Assembly (NCBI GenBank): GCA_964016885.1
Contig: OZ024741.1
Coordinates: 44,082,001 to 44,146,000 of the forward strand
Direction of reading: 5' to 3'
Source of the DNA: Eledone cirrhosa
Lineage: Eukaryota
DNA: 64,000 bases
Shown piece after piece: positions 1-13,332 of this stretch. The position numbers and the translations under genes are program-made. Each line of letters opens with the position of its first letter. Position 1 is the stretch's first letter. A model generated the notes under the pieces. That model did no database searches, was not told the DNA's origin, and saw nothing but the letters and a program-made list of their open reading frames with translations.

Positions 1-1019
1 ATTTTCAATTTTCGTTGAAATCTCTCCGGGTAACAACATAGTCAATACCTCTTTGTGGTGTCTACACTGTCGCATATAAATTCCCACCCCTTTCTGATAT
101 AAGTATTCTCAAATATCTCTCCAACATAATTCTTAATTTAATTTAACTCTGCATCTATTACTCTATTGTTTCTGAGAATATCTCTTCTTACGTTTATTTT
201 CGTGTAGACTTTGTTCTTCGAATATTATTGGTGATAAATATGAATGCTTACTATTTCTAATGTTGCCAAATCCTTTCTAATGTTTTATCGGATATGAATC
301 AAATTGTACAAAGAGCTCCATAATTCCTAAACAAAATTCCTATTGTATTTAGATCTTATGACCACTTCACTGCATATAGATACCATGCCATGTTAAGTAA
401 GAATTATTTTCAGAACCACAATATACATACGAGTATTTCGGTTTCCGTGTCAATATGAGAGGAGTCTCTACATTCAAGATTAAAAATTAACTTGAGTTTA
501 TTCATGGATCTTCAGACTTGTCTCTAGAATTGATGGGTCCCAAGAAAATTACATATTAATGCAGCACCACAGACACTTGGCAACCACTTTGTGTAACCTG
601 AAAGTGACAAAGTACAACAATGAAAAAAACTCCCCCAAAACAGAAGACTCTTTGCATAGCTTTCTTACAAACCCTTCCCATTTGTCAACACATCGAAAAT
701 GTGATGCATTTGACTACATTTAAATGTTTCTCATGTTTGTCAACGTATATTTATATAAACATGCACATGGACGAATATACATTCATATATACATGCTTAT
801 AGAATTATAGAAAGCTAAATGTAATGAACTATTTTCTAGATAGAAACATAGGCAAAAGGTGTTTTGTCACTTATGTTATTGTTCATGGGACTTGAAATTT
901 CGTAGGGGTGCTAGCATAAATAATGTTATCTGAATTCTAATCACAATAGCGAGCATTGTTCTCCAGCCGAGAGAATGTGAGTGAACGATAAAGTCCATGA
1001 AAGAGTGAAGCCCGACGAA

Positions 1020-1177
1020 TCGACCGCCATATAGAACCGGTATTTATTTATCGATAGCGAAAGGAGAAGAAGCAAACTTTACCTCAATGGTATTTAAATC
1101 CTGAGCGCATAGAACCTGAACTCATAGTGCGAACAAATTCTATCTGACCTTCTAACAACTTTACCAATTTGCCGCCC
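1020..1177 (-). mobile_element. Degenerate copy of tRNA-derived SINE family A
   Basis: Colinear but decayed match to the SINE copies at 26137 and 47281 (ggtatttatttatcgat..aaagg..gcaaactttacctc..ccaatttgccgcc). Confidence 0.65.
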
Positions 1178-1764
1178 TATTCCATTTATATGTCTAGATT
1201 TGAAATTGTAATATTACGTCATGTAGAAAATTATTTTATATCTAAAAGTAACGTATCATGTATTATGAATAGGTATAATTATAAAGACCCCCGTCCCTAC
1301 TCAATAATACAATTTATTAAAGTTTTTCTCGTATGTATGACTATCCCTCTGTCTATATAACTAATTATATTTATATTATATCTCGTCTATCGGTTATAGA
1401 TATACGTTTAGTTTGTTTTTGCCTGTGTTTAGTTTTAAGTTACATAAACAAAGTAGGATGTCTCTAGATAAATATATGGTTTGAGAGAAACCAAAGATCA
1501 CGATAGAGATAGAATGATGGAGTGTGGTGGAGTGGTAGAGAATGATTAAAAGAGAGTGGAAGAGAAGGGGAGCGAAAGAGAGATGTGTTGGTGGGGGGAA
1601 ATGTGTGTGGATATATATATATGTGTGTGTATGCGTGTGTGTGCATGTGTATGTGTGTGCAGGGAGAGATAGAGAAATAGAGGGGAGGGAGAAAGACGGA
1701 GAGAGAACAATACGGGATTTAGAGAAGAGATAGAGAATAAAAGTGATAGTAAGAGAAATAGATG

Positions 1765-1768
<4 letters not shown>

Positions 1769-1831
<63 letters not shown>
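1769..1831. repeat. (TA)n microsatellite; many more across the window (e.g. 5332, 10455, 10992, 31491, 34200, 35791, 36009, 38712, 40200, 52068)
   Basis: Seen directly. Confidence 0.98.
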
Positions 1832-1836
<5 letters not shown>

Positions 1837-2439
1837 GTACATAAGAGGGATAGAATAAATCTTGAAATCGAATTCCATTGTGATTTTGGTATATATTTCG
1901 CATTAAATATATAAATTCCCCACAGTGTTAGTTCATTGAATTAAAGTTTTCAATGCAGCAAGAATATATTTGGATTTTCAATGTACAATTTATTCTAAGC
2001 AACGATGGAGGTTGTGAAAATATGTTTGGTTTAAACTCTGTCCAAGACTGGCTTTCATACACTTTTAATCAACAGTGAATTTTATCAATAACTCTACTTT
2101 GAATTTTAAGTTCAAACGCGCGACCTAGTATTTACATTGTTGAGTACATCATCGTAAGATCGTGGCCAGTATATCCATGAGCAAGGAAAGCATTTCATCT
2201 TAAATTGCACCAGCCGAAACAAATGTGTACCGACAGCATATACCACTAATCCTTATGACCAGTCTCTTAATGCCACAAGTAGCTTTACTACTATGTAATG
2301 TAATCAGGGAAGTTAATTTATAACTTAGCAAAGGAGTAAAGGCTACAAAATGGACACAATTCATGGAGTGGCAGTTAAACAGATTATCTAGCTCGAAAGT
2401 GGTCACACGCCTCGAAATGGAACTCTATACCGGGCCTCC

Positions 2440-2640
2440 GATTAACACTAGCTTTCAGAAACAGGAACGATCACTTCAAAGTGTTTGAACATATTTTCTA
2501 TTCTCCAGTAGCCCCTCACATCACTTTTGTAGAGACGAGCCTACAGTTCATAAAAATGCACCAACTCTTGGTGTAGCGCAGTGGGATGGAAGCAGAAAGC
2601 ACCCAGCTGATACGAGAAGCAACACTGGTAGAATATATTT
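2440..2640 (+). pseudogene. Possible highly decayed mariner transposase remnant
   Basis: tttgaacatattttctattctccagtagcccc reads FEHIFYSPVAP, resembling the mariner HPPYSPDLAP motif; no other support. Confidence 0.3.
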
Positions 2641-2750
2641 ATTACATTGATGAACATATTGTAAATGAAAAGGTGATTAATGATAATATAACTATACAAA
2701 CAGTAAGAAGGGATCAAGACAATTAAATGGTGACAGAAGTGAACCCCCCC

Positions 2751-2887
<137 letters not shown>

Positions 2888-4433
2888 GGGGGGATATGTG
2901 TGTGTGCGTGTCGCTGCTATTGTTGTCAATGGCACAGTGTGTTGTGGGTTGGTAGGAGTAGTTTTGCCCACATAATGCCGGTTTTCAGGGCAGAGAGCCT
3001 TGAAGTGAATATTGGCATAACTGGTTATATTTTCAGTGTATATTGCAACTTCATATTTAATCAATTTGTTAACTTAACATTTGTTTATTACATTTATGGC
3101 GCCCGCGTGACAGAGCAGAATTTTTATTAGATTTAAATTCAGTTCATGTCATGCTTTTAAATTTTAAATTTTAAATTTTACACAAATTCGATCGTTTACA
3201 ATACGGAAAAGTAGAAAAAATAGATAACGTAGATGTTGATTTATTATTCAGTAAACAATACGCTGCATTTACAAATACCTGAATAAACACATTTTTTTCT
3301 GTCTGTGTACAAAAAAGGCTAAAAAACATAATACTTAGATCTCTCACAATGAAGAATGTGTAAAAATAGAAACGCCAAAACATTACAAATGGCGGGAAAT
3401 CAACTAAAAAAGAAAGCTAATGTTGTTTATTGTGAATTTATAAACATTATACATCAGATAGTAATTCATTTTTCAACACAATGTTCTACATTTTCATGAA
3501 AAAAAATATGATGAGATAAAAGTTTGTATTGCTGACATTTATGAGAATGAATAAATTATTTATACTTAAAGTTTTATTTGTGAAGATTTTCACTACTAAC
3601 TTGTTAAAATCAATCACACATACTGACATATTGTTAATTTTTTTCCTACTATGAAAAATCAGAAAAACGATACGAAGATAAATGTGTTGAAAAACAATTT
3701 CTTTGAATATGCAAGAGGAATGTATCTTAACGTTGTATTTCCAAATTAAAAGTGCAGAATGTCTCTATAAGTATGACAATGTATTAACATCGTGAGTTTA
3801 TTAATTACACGCTTAAACCTTTACTAAACATTCAGTTGTCTTGTAATTGTGAGTCGGTAATCTCCATGCAATAATCACACATATACACAGACATGCATCC
3901 ATACCACTATACACACATGTATGCATAGATGCACAGACATACACACACACACTCACACACACATATATATATGGGTGGCAATAGTTCCAGCATCTAAAAT
4001 ACTGGTGTGGTGGTTCTGAGAACAATGCGGCTCTGCAGATGATCAATGCAATTTGACAATGGAAAGGCGCTTCCACTCAAGTTAGAAGAGAACTATTGAC
4101 CTTCAGGAGAAGCAGCGTCACCTGATTGTATTCTGCAACCGTAACAAATATGAAGTACATCAAATCCAATGCTCCTTGGTTCTCCTTATTTGCGAATGTA
4201 AACTTGGCCAGATTACATTAGATTAGATATATATGTATGTGTGTGTGTGTGTATGTATATGTGTGTGTGTGTCTGTGTGTGTATGTGTGTGTGTGTGTGT
4301 GTGTGTATTTGTGTATGTTTATACATGCACGTATGGCGGCCGTAAATGGAAAATGAGGCAAATAAACTGATGTATAATTCAGAAAATACTATATATTTTC
4401 AACTGTTCAACATATTGGCAGAGGCAAACAGTC

Positions 4434-4466
4434 CTGATGAAGGGTGATGACCCAGAAAGGTGTTCA
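4434..4466 (+). ncRNA. Hammerhead ribozyme-like motif (Penelope pLTR type)
   Basis: CTGATGA-a-GGGT-gatg-ACCC-a-GAAA; stems I and III are poorly defined. Confidence 0.55.
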
Positions 4467-4682
4467 ATGTTCCTCGATGCCAGTGTATAACAAATGAAGA
4501 ACGATTGCTTATCGGTACAGCACAGCTTTATTGGACCGCTCGCTTGCAGACGAATCGAATATTATTATTAATGTTTGATACAACCCATACGTACATATGT
4601 TGTTGCAGGGGACAAGCTTCAAGCTTTCGGCAAGAACATCCTAGTGGGGAGCTGCTCTTAGGGCTGTTGGTTTTGTGAGGTG

Positions 4683-5328
4683 CTAAGAGCAGCACCCACC
4701 AGGATGCTCTTGCCGAAAGACTGCCTCTTTTCCCCTTCAACTACATTGCAACACACCCGCTGTAATTTAGTCACTTCTAAGCGACCAAATCAACAACAAC
4801 AAGTTAAATCCTATGTTGGTATGGTGGAGGGCCGGTTTAAGGGGCGCTTCCTGAACCATTAGACGACCTTCAGATATCCGGACAAAAGATCGTCCACGAA
4901 ACTCGCGAGCCAGGTATGGTCCCTCAAAGACACAGGCGTAGACTACACCATCCAATAGAAAGCTATTACTAAGTCCAAGTCATACGCAAGGGGTAATGCG
5001 TTTTGTGGAGTGTGCATTGAAGAAAGGATCGATATTCTGAGAAGATTACGCAATAACGATTGCCTAAATTGAAGGAATGAGCTTTTTTCTCGTTGTCCAC
5101 ATTTCTGGAAACACCTCTTGTATAATTACAAAGCTCCGGATCATCAACATTCTAACATTCTAATCAACTCGAATAATTTATTCCGGACATTCGCAGTTAT
5201 CTCCCTTACACATTTCGACCACCGTTTCTGCGCACGTGTATTCAAACGGTTGTTTTTCCTTTTCTGTACAACCACACTGAGGCCGACCTGAAGATCCGCA
5301 AGGTGAAACATTTGTTCTCTGTATTGTG

Positions 5329-5331
<3 letters not shown>
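4683..5331 (+). mobile_element. Penelope-like element, Neptune-type, 3' fragment (Zn finger, GIY-YIG endonuclease pseudogene, pLTR), ending at (TA)n
   Basis: Reads GCSCRK..FPL..HC...AVI*, then KSYVGMVEGRFKGRFLNH*TTF..STKLASQVWSLK..CGVCIEE..LN*RNELFSRCPH, with internal stops. Hammerhead-like CTGAAGA-t-CC-GCAA-GG-t-GAAAC at 5288-5317. Confidence 0.85.
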
Positions 5332-5401
<70 letters not shown>

Positions 5402-5779
5402 TATATACATATATATTCAATTTATTAAGGTTTAATAGTAAGTCTTGCAAATACTGAAATTCCAGAACATTGTAGTAGCGATTCTAAAATTGCCCCCACT
5501 CGTCAGGCACAAGGACTACTTTAAGGAAAAAGCGTGCTTTTTTTTTACGATTAATGATCATAGTTCGAAATAGTTCCAATGTAAATCAAATGGGCATCTC
5601 CCAAATTAAAGAAAATATAATTTTATACAACTATATGTGTTAAGTTACGTTCATGTAATTGTTTTTGTTTAATCTATTAAAGAGAATAGTTTTAATTTTG
5701 TGTTCAGTTCTTTGTATTCTTATTTTTACAATAATTAAGTGAACACACTTCCAATACGATGGGCATGAGGTTAGAATAT

Positions 5780-5967
5780 TTCAGGATAAATTTTACGGGC
5801 AAAACAATCGGTAGCAGACGCAGGGTTAGACCCAGAGCTAAATGGTTGGAGAACATCTATGTATTTGGCTGGCCTCGCTTGGGTAACCAGCCGGATCATT
5901 TGGAGGCGGTTGCGCCTGAGAGGATCCGCTGGAAGGAGTTTTTAAGGACCCTACCATGATGACCAAA
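5780..5967 (+). mobile_element. 3' stub of an RTE-like LINE followed by a (GAA)n tail (5968-6077)
   Basis: GKTIGSRRRVRPRAKWLENI resembles the RTE C-terminal G-R-RGRP-W motif; homologous to 55020 and 56898. Confidence 0.65.
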
Positions 5968-6204
5968 AGAAGAAGAAGAAGAAGAAGAAGAAGAAGAAGA
6001 AGAAGAAGAAGAAGAAGAAGAAGAAGAAGAAGAAGAAGAAGAAGAAGAAGAAGAAGAAGAAGAAGAAGAAGAAGAAGATTTTACTGTATTTAGATAACTT
6101 CTCTTAGCTACATTCATCTTCTTATATTTACCATTATATATAATTAATACATTGTTTTTTTTTTATTTTCAATTGCTTATTCTATACATCTGGAATCTTC
6201 GTAC

Positions 6205-8075
6205 CATCATCATCATCAGGTCGAGCTTGCTCGGCTTTCTACGACACGTTTCCTCCATCCATCTCTGTCTCTCATAGATTTTGCCAGTTCTTCCGCAGTG
6301 CATCCAGTATCGTCCTCAAGTTGCTTGACGTGTGTCTTCTTGGGACGACCAGCGTTTCTTGCTCCATGAGATGGTCTCCATAACAACACATCACCTGCTA
6401 TTTCTTCCTTGCTGCGCCAACAGTGGCCAGCAAATCTGAGTCTCTGTCCACGTATTGACCTGCTGATAGGTGGTATATTGCCATAGAAATCTTTATTTGT
6501 TGGGTGTTCCCTCCAAGACACGTTCAAAGCAGCGCAGAGCATACGTGTGTATGCCCCGTCTAGCTTTTCCTCCAGTTTCGACGTTAGCGTCCAAGTGATA
6601 TAACCATAAACAAGCACAGATTCCACAGCAGCTCTGAACAAATTCCTTTACAGTTTCGCCGGCAGGTTTGATTTCCATATCTTTTCCATTGCATTCAATG
6701 CTCCCCAGGCTTTTCCCAGTCTGATGTTAAGATCATGTTCTGTGGAGGCGATATAGCTCTCCAGGTATTTGAAGTCGTCAACTTGCTTGATTATATCGCT
6801 GGTTAGACTTCGCATACCAACTGAGGAGTCTTGGTTTAGACAAATATATTCTGTTTTGCCTGCGTTGACATAGAGCCCGATTTCCTTAGCAACTGATTCG
6901 ATGCTGTGAACTAGTGATGTTGCATCCTTAAGGTAGTCAGCAAGCACCGCTAAATCATCCGCATAGTCAGCATCGGTAATTTTCTGAGCTGCATGGCGTC
7001 TACACTTTCGCTTTGTGAGACTGAAACAAGCTCGAAGTTTTTGTCCAGGCTTTTCTCAATACATAGTCGAGGCAGATCATAAAAATATATGGTGCAACAG
7101 TACTCCTGCAATGATGTCAAAGAAGTTGGTATCTCCATCAGGTGAGCGCACCATTGCGCGGGTGTTTTTATATAACATCATGATGGCATTTACTGTCTCC
7201 CTTGGCAAGCCATAGGCAAGAAGTATCTCTCTCATCCTCCCACGATGGATGGAATCGAATGCTTTTGAAAAGTCAATAAACAGGAGCGTTGCTGGGAGGT
7301 TTTTGGCTTTTACGCCCTCCAAGATACGCCGAATAGTCAGTATTTGCCCTGATGTTGATCTGTTGGTGCGGAGGCCATTTTGGTTTTTTCTCAGCAAGGG
7401 GTCAATGAAAGGTCTTATTCTGTCAAACAGCATGAGATTGTATATCTTTTCGGCAATTGCCATCAGTGTTATGCCACGGTAGTTTTTAGCCATTCCAAGA
7501 TCGCCATTTTTGGGAAAAGGGAGTATACATCCCTCAGTCCATTTGTCTATGGGGTCTTGATTATAGACACCATTACACAACTCTAGTAGGATTGGGTGAA
7601 ATTCAGGTACCTTCTTCACTTCAGCTGGGATCTCGTCGAGTCCGCATGCTTTTCCGTTACCAATACTTTTCACTGCTTTCTGTAGTTCCTCCATATTGAA
7701 AGGACCTTTCTGTATTTGGTGTTCCTCTGTAAAAACGGGTATTATTTCTTCTTCGATGATCTGTGGTGCTTTGCCAAGTATGTCCTGAAAATGTTGTTGC
7801 CACAGTTTTAAACGTTCGTCTTGGCTAGAGGCTTTCAGTTTGGCTCTGTCACTACTTTTTCTGCCACTAATTTCATTGACAGTTTTCCAGGTTTCAGCAG
7901 ACTTCTTATTGCTGACAGTACTCGAGATATGATTAATCTTTCTCTGTATGTATTTGGCTTGCTCAATTTCATACTCACTTTTCAGTGCTGTACATGCAGC
8001 ATTGAAGTTACTAATGTTTTCTGGAGATCGTTAAGTGTCTCTCAATTCTGCAGGTTTTCGCAACTCATTGCAACT
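6205..8075 (-). mobile_element. RTE-clade LINE, 5'-truncated, frameshifted RT pseudogene
   Basis: ORFs 7077-7694, 6648-6947 and 6216-6641: GKACGLDEIPAE, NYRGITL, FIDFSKAFDSI, YADD region, RLRFAGHCWR, GRPKKT; (TGA)n tail. Confidence 0.92.
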
Positions 8076-9098
8076 CTTTGAAAGCTAAATATGACACAAA
8101 TCTTCCTACCAATTTCCACGATATTATCGTTTACGATATTATCTATATGACCTATATACTTTATATTTTGTGTATTTCACATATGACCTACATATTCTGT
8201 AGATTATTGGCAATACATGATTCCGAAGAGTACATTTTTTTATGTATTTCTATTAATTTCTTCTTAAATATTTTTTTCAATACTATATTTGTCCTATCAT
8301 TCACTTCCTCATCTCTGTGTTTTTTTTATATATACATTCCAAACTCCCAATTACATATATACATGAAATAATTTCATTTCGTTATTTTGTATTATACTTA
8401 CTATTTATAACATATTTTTTCAGTTCAATTTTGTATTCCTATATATATTTCATTTTATATATTTCAATTATATATTTCTATTCTTTTATTTCATATTACT
8501 GTTATTTCTATCAACTTTTACTCATTCCTTTACATCTTCGTGCAGTTTTCAACATGTTATTGAAATCTATTATCCGTCTTGTTTATATATTAATACACAG
8601 AAATCACATGACTTCTTCAACTCCAAAACGCAGTTCTCTATAGACCAACATACATGAAAAAAATCAGACGTTTAATATTGAGTTAAATAGCGACCCAATT
8701 TCGCACTAAGCTCACTTTCCCGCATCCCAATTTATTAACTTCACAACTGTACACTTATATCTATCAACCTATCAAATGTCGTCGCACATTCAACCAACAC
8801 GTTTTTCTATCTATATATGTTTCCAAGAGGAAAATGACAATCAATGATATTAACTCGAAATTATTCTAGACGGTTAGTTTGCAATATCCCTTCGAAGATT
8901 CGGATTATCTTAAAGGAATCAAACATTCGTTAATGTTGTCATGGATGCGCTAAATCTATATATAGCGGGTGAACGGCGTGTTTGGATCTCTCCTGATAAT
9001 AAATCTGTCTGCTGGATCAGGATTTACGAGGTGTTATATGACAACAATAGTAATAACAATAGGAACGACATGTAATCACTGAATTGACTTTCAAGCAA

Positions 9099-10032
9099 TC
9101 TATATATATAAAACTGATGTTGTCTGTATGTCTACTAAAACGGTCGGCACACATCTCCTCCTAAACCGTAAGTTCAAATTTCGGTGAAATTGCTACACTT
9201 ATAGATGAAGGTCCGTTGGAGACATCGAACAAAAAAATGTTCAAATCGACCAACGCCAAATGCAAAAATCGAATTTGTAATGTATTGATTTTTCAGTTCA
9301 AATGTATAAATAGGGATGAGAGACGAGTTATTTCCCTTTTATATCGTCATTCTGTCTATCTATTTACATTTCGAATATACGACGCGTGTAAAAGTACAAA
9401 AATACGCGAACAGTTTCCGGACCAGCAAAATTTTAAGCTTCAAAATTCGTGAGCTCGAAGTTTCAACATTAAGCTTCCATTTTGCTTCATTTCCATTAAA
9501 AGGTCTTTTAAAACAATATTTTTAATTTGAAAACAAGCCTAATTGAATACACCCTAAAACAAGCAAATATTTTGTAAAAAAAGCATTGATCTGTATATAT
9601 AATCTCGAATAAAGCCTTATGATATTTTCATTTAGAAGCAATGATTTTAAACGACAAACAGATAACGCATTTTTTTTTTGTTTTTGTTTTTCATGTCCAT
9701 CCAATTTCTTTGTTTCAAAATAACTGATAGTTTGGTTACGCTGATGTTTTTCTCTGAGACAAGTGTTGCAGTGTTTGCATTTTCTATTTTTGTTAATAGA
9801 TTACCAGTGCAGTTTTTATTCTCAGCATCCTCATTTGTTTTAACATTCGGGTTATGGGTATGTTTTCTTAACTTCATAAGGCATACTGTAGGTTGAGGGA
9901 ATATTAATCAAAGGTACCACATGAAAGTCTACACTGTAGACTCTACAGTTTGTAAGCCAAGAAAGGAACTTAACATTGAAACTTTAACACAACTACTGAG
10001 CAGCCCCGAGCAACGCCGGGCTTTACTGCTAA
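9099..10032 (+). mobile_element. Non-autonomous Helitron
   Basis: 5' a|TCTATATATATAAAA; subterminal GC hairpin CCCGAGCAACGCCGGG; 3' CTAA|t (CTRR); inserted between A and T. Confidence 0.75.
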
Positions 10033-10148
10033 TTAAACGTAAAAGTAAAGTACATCAATCTTCTGAACTTGCAGAAACACCGTGGATGGTGTGTCTTCCC
10101 CAATGTCTGTTACTATATCAGTGGGTTTATATGAAAATATATATGTAT

Positions 10149-10330
10149 GAAAAGAATCATGACCCCGAGTGCTGAGCTCCGTCCGTTTTGGCAGCTAGAT
10201 CTGAACTTTTCGGATCTAGCCGACGGGATCATGACTCTTTTCCTATTACTCACTCTACTACCCTAAGTTTCGAATACTCTGGTGCGTTATGATCCACCTG
10301 GTTTCGTACCACACTTTTTTACGTGTGTTG
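10149..10330. mobile_element. Short palindromic insert with tail; same family as 40278-40383
   Basis: Arms 10149-10166 and 10225-10242; tail 10243-10320 is the reverse complement of about 40285-40358. Confidence 0.75.
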
Positions 10331-10450
10331 TATTGAAGCAAATGACTATGTGTATACTCTGTGAATGTATTTTACATTACCTATTGAGTACGCTGAGATG
10401 CAACCTGTCCTAGCATTGATACATATGCTGGGTCCATCAACTTATTATTA

Positions 10451-10487
<37 letters not shown>

Positions 10488-10492
<5 letters not shown>

Positions 10493-10805
10493 AAAAAGGG
10501 GAAAAAAATGTCTTCATTTGTAGTTCGAAATAATTTAATTTTATAATATTATAATTTTACAATTTGGTTTTGGAGATCTAATAAGTTCTTTGTTGACTTG
10601 GGTGGGCAGATTTTTTAAAGATTCCTGGTTAACTCGAGGAACGTTAACCAGGAATCTTTAAAAAATCTCCCCACCGAATTAGCAACTAAACAAATTGTAA
10701 AATAATAATATTATATAATTAAATTGTTTAGAACTACAAGGGAAGTCGTTATTTTCCTTTTTTCAAATATACCTAACTGTACCAAGGATTCACCATATTT
10801 TCAAA
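10488..10805. repeat. Long imperfect inverted repeat between (TA)n tracts, with one-sided tail
   Basis: Arms about 10488-10633 and 10643-10771; spacer tcgaggaac. Confidence 0.9.
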
Positions 10806-10986
10806 TATATATATTCCTTATATTGAAATAATTTCTAAAGGGCGAGAAATGTATAAATCCTATGAAATATTTATTTCCTACTGATGTATTATAGGGGTGT
10901 TTACATATCTGAGTATGACCACATCACACTTTGCATTAACTTTATTTTCTCAGCGCTTAAACTCCCAACGGATTCGCTACGTATTC

Positions 10987-11040
<54 letters not shown>

Positions 11041-11042
<2 letters not shown>

Positions 11043-11608
11043 TTTATTTAGATTTGTTGGTTCACTACTGGATAGAACTGGTCATTCCGTATGGTGAACC
11101 TCAATGTAATATTAGGGAGAGCTCTAGACGTAATGCAATTCGCCCGTCTTCGTGTGTGTTGTAGGTGGTGCCTGTACGGTGTTAATTATCATAAAATAAC
11201 AGGATGCTGGAGTGGTGTAATTCCTTAAAAGGTTTATTTTACTAAGATCATTACAGAGACTGGGTTAAGTATGAATCCAGTGACATCATCAGGTATTCGA
11301 AATTTAACAAAGGAATATAATACACAAAATCCATGGGGATGAAAAGCAGAGACATGAGGGCGACCGAATATTTAGCAGCCTCTAGCCCGGTCATTGAGGG
11401 AGGCTGACCGGGCTAGAAGCTGCTAAATGTTCGGCCGCCCTCATGTCTCTGCTTATCAGCCCCACGGATTTTGTGTATTATATTCCTTTGTTTAATTTTG
11501 AATACCTGATGATGTCACCGGATTCATACTGAACCCGTTCACTATAATGATCATAGTATAACAAACCTTTTAAGGAATTACACCAGTCCAGCCTCCTGTT
11601 ATTTTATA
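11041..11608. repeat. Inverted repeat (~200-bp arms) between (TA)n tracts, with one-sided tail
   Basis: Arms 11191-11393 and 11405-11607; CTGATGA in each arm; tail 11041-11190. Confidence 0.92.
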
Positions 11609-13032
11609 ATATATATATATATATATATGTTCATCTCTAACGTAACGACATATTATCATTACATTATTGATAACCTGAAATTTTAATATATATATATATG
11701 TGTGTGTTGTATGTGTGTGGGTGTGTGTGTGCGTGTGTGGGTGTGTGTGGGTGTGTGTATATATGAATTCTGGTATCAATAGCCATAGATGCGAAATGAA
11801 AAAAGGAAAAGAGTGGTCACTCGAGAAGAGAGTAGATACATATTATTTATTTATGCTCATACATGGAAGAAAAGCACTATACATGGTTTCAAGTCTCATC
11901 TTTTACCATGCCGCCAGAACAAAAGGGTCATGAATTTAGTGATGATTGTTCAGGCGCTCATACGAATTTAACTCGTATAAGCGCATAGAGAAAGGTTACA
12001 CATTCTGGAAGTACGGTCTAATTTGGGCCTTCAAACGTTGGGGAGCTCTATCTATGAATATACATAATCTAATATAATCTAATATAATCTAATATATATA
12101 TGTATATATGAGTGTGTGTGTGTGTGTGTGTGTGCTTTTGTGTGTATCTGTATGTGTGTGTGTGTGTGTGTGCATCTGATTACTGTGTATTTTGACTCTA
12201 CAAATCGACAAATATACATCAATATGGTTGTAGGTACCAGACTTATAAGACCTCCAATGTCTTTGTAATTATGTTGATTATGTTCAACGAGATAATCAGA
12301 ATTATGTAAATAACGCAACGTTTCTCAGCAAGGTTTAAATCCTTTAGAGAATATTTTCCAGCTGATGGACATTGCATCGTAGTTTTGTTTAAATTCAACA
12401 TTGTATCACGTGAAACTGACAAAATCTTGGATTATATTATTAATGGAGTGACCAACACATTATATTGATGGAGTATCCGAAAATTAACTCGAAGGTTTCA
12501 AATGCTATGTCCAATTACATATTTATAAGGAAGAAGCCTTTCAGTTTATGTAAGAAGCGCATTCAAATTTAAAAATATACTGAATATAGAAACTACGTTA
12601 ATGTTAAAAGACATTTGCAGAATAGCAAATATTGAAACTCTTTCCCCCAGAAAGAGTAAGCTTTTTCATAGTCACTAAATTTTTTTTTTATGAAGTTGAT
12701 TTTTTTTCAACAGACTAAGAAAAAAATAAAAATAATTTACAAAATCTTTTTTAAAATTACTATATTCTGTTATACAAATGTTACGGGCCCATAAAAACAT
12801 TCTAAGTGAGACAAATCACGAAAAAGGGGTTATAAACGTTCTAAATGCTATGATACGCGTTACCAGTCTATCTACATTTCCCTCTTCGATTTAATACACT
12901 AATCTTTGACATGTTATTTAATATATATATGTGTGTGTATTTCATATCAAGCACCTTCCAAAACATATACATACATACACACACGGACACACACACACAC
13001 GCACACACACACACACATACACACACACACAT

Positions 13033-13066
<34 letters not shown>

Positions 13067-13084
13067 GATAATAATGGCTGCGCG

Positions 13085-13119
<35 letters not shown>

Positions 13120-13262
13120 CATCCCAAAAGTAAACAGAAATAACAAAGCGAATGACAATACACTGAAGAAATATATTAGATCGTACCTTTAAGAGTACAT
13201 AGTGTGATCATTGCTGAATATATTTTATTTATGGGTCTTCTTTGCGAGAAAACGTGATAAAA

Positions 13263-13306
<44 letters not shown>

Positions 13307-13332
13307 ATAATAATAATAATAATAATAATAAT
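13263..13332. repeat. (TAC)n(TAA)n microsatellite, Tx1 target/tail
   Basis: Seen directly. Confidence 0.97.

Noticed and set aside
2940-3064. NIHFKALCPENRHYVGKT as a GIY-YIG fragment
   Set aside because: Too short, and downstream catalytic motifs are absent.
11505-11560. CTGATGA (and CTGAAGA at 29631) as hammerheads
   Set aside because: No correctly placed GAAA or stem I.
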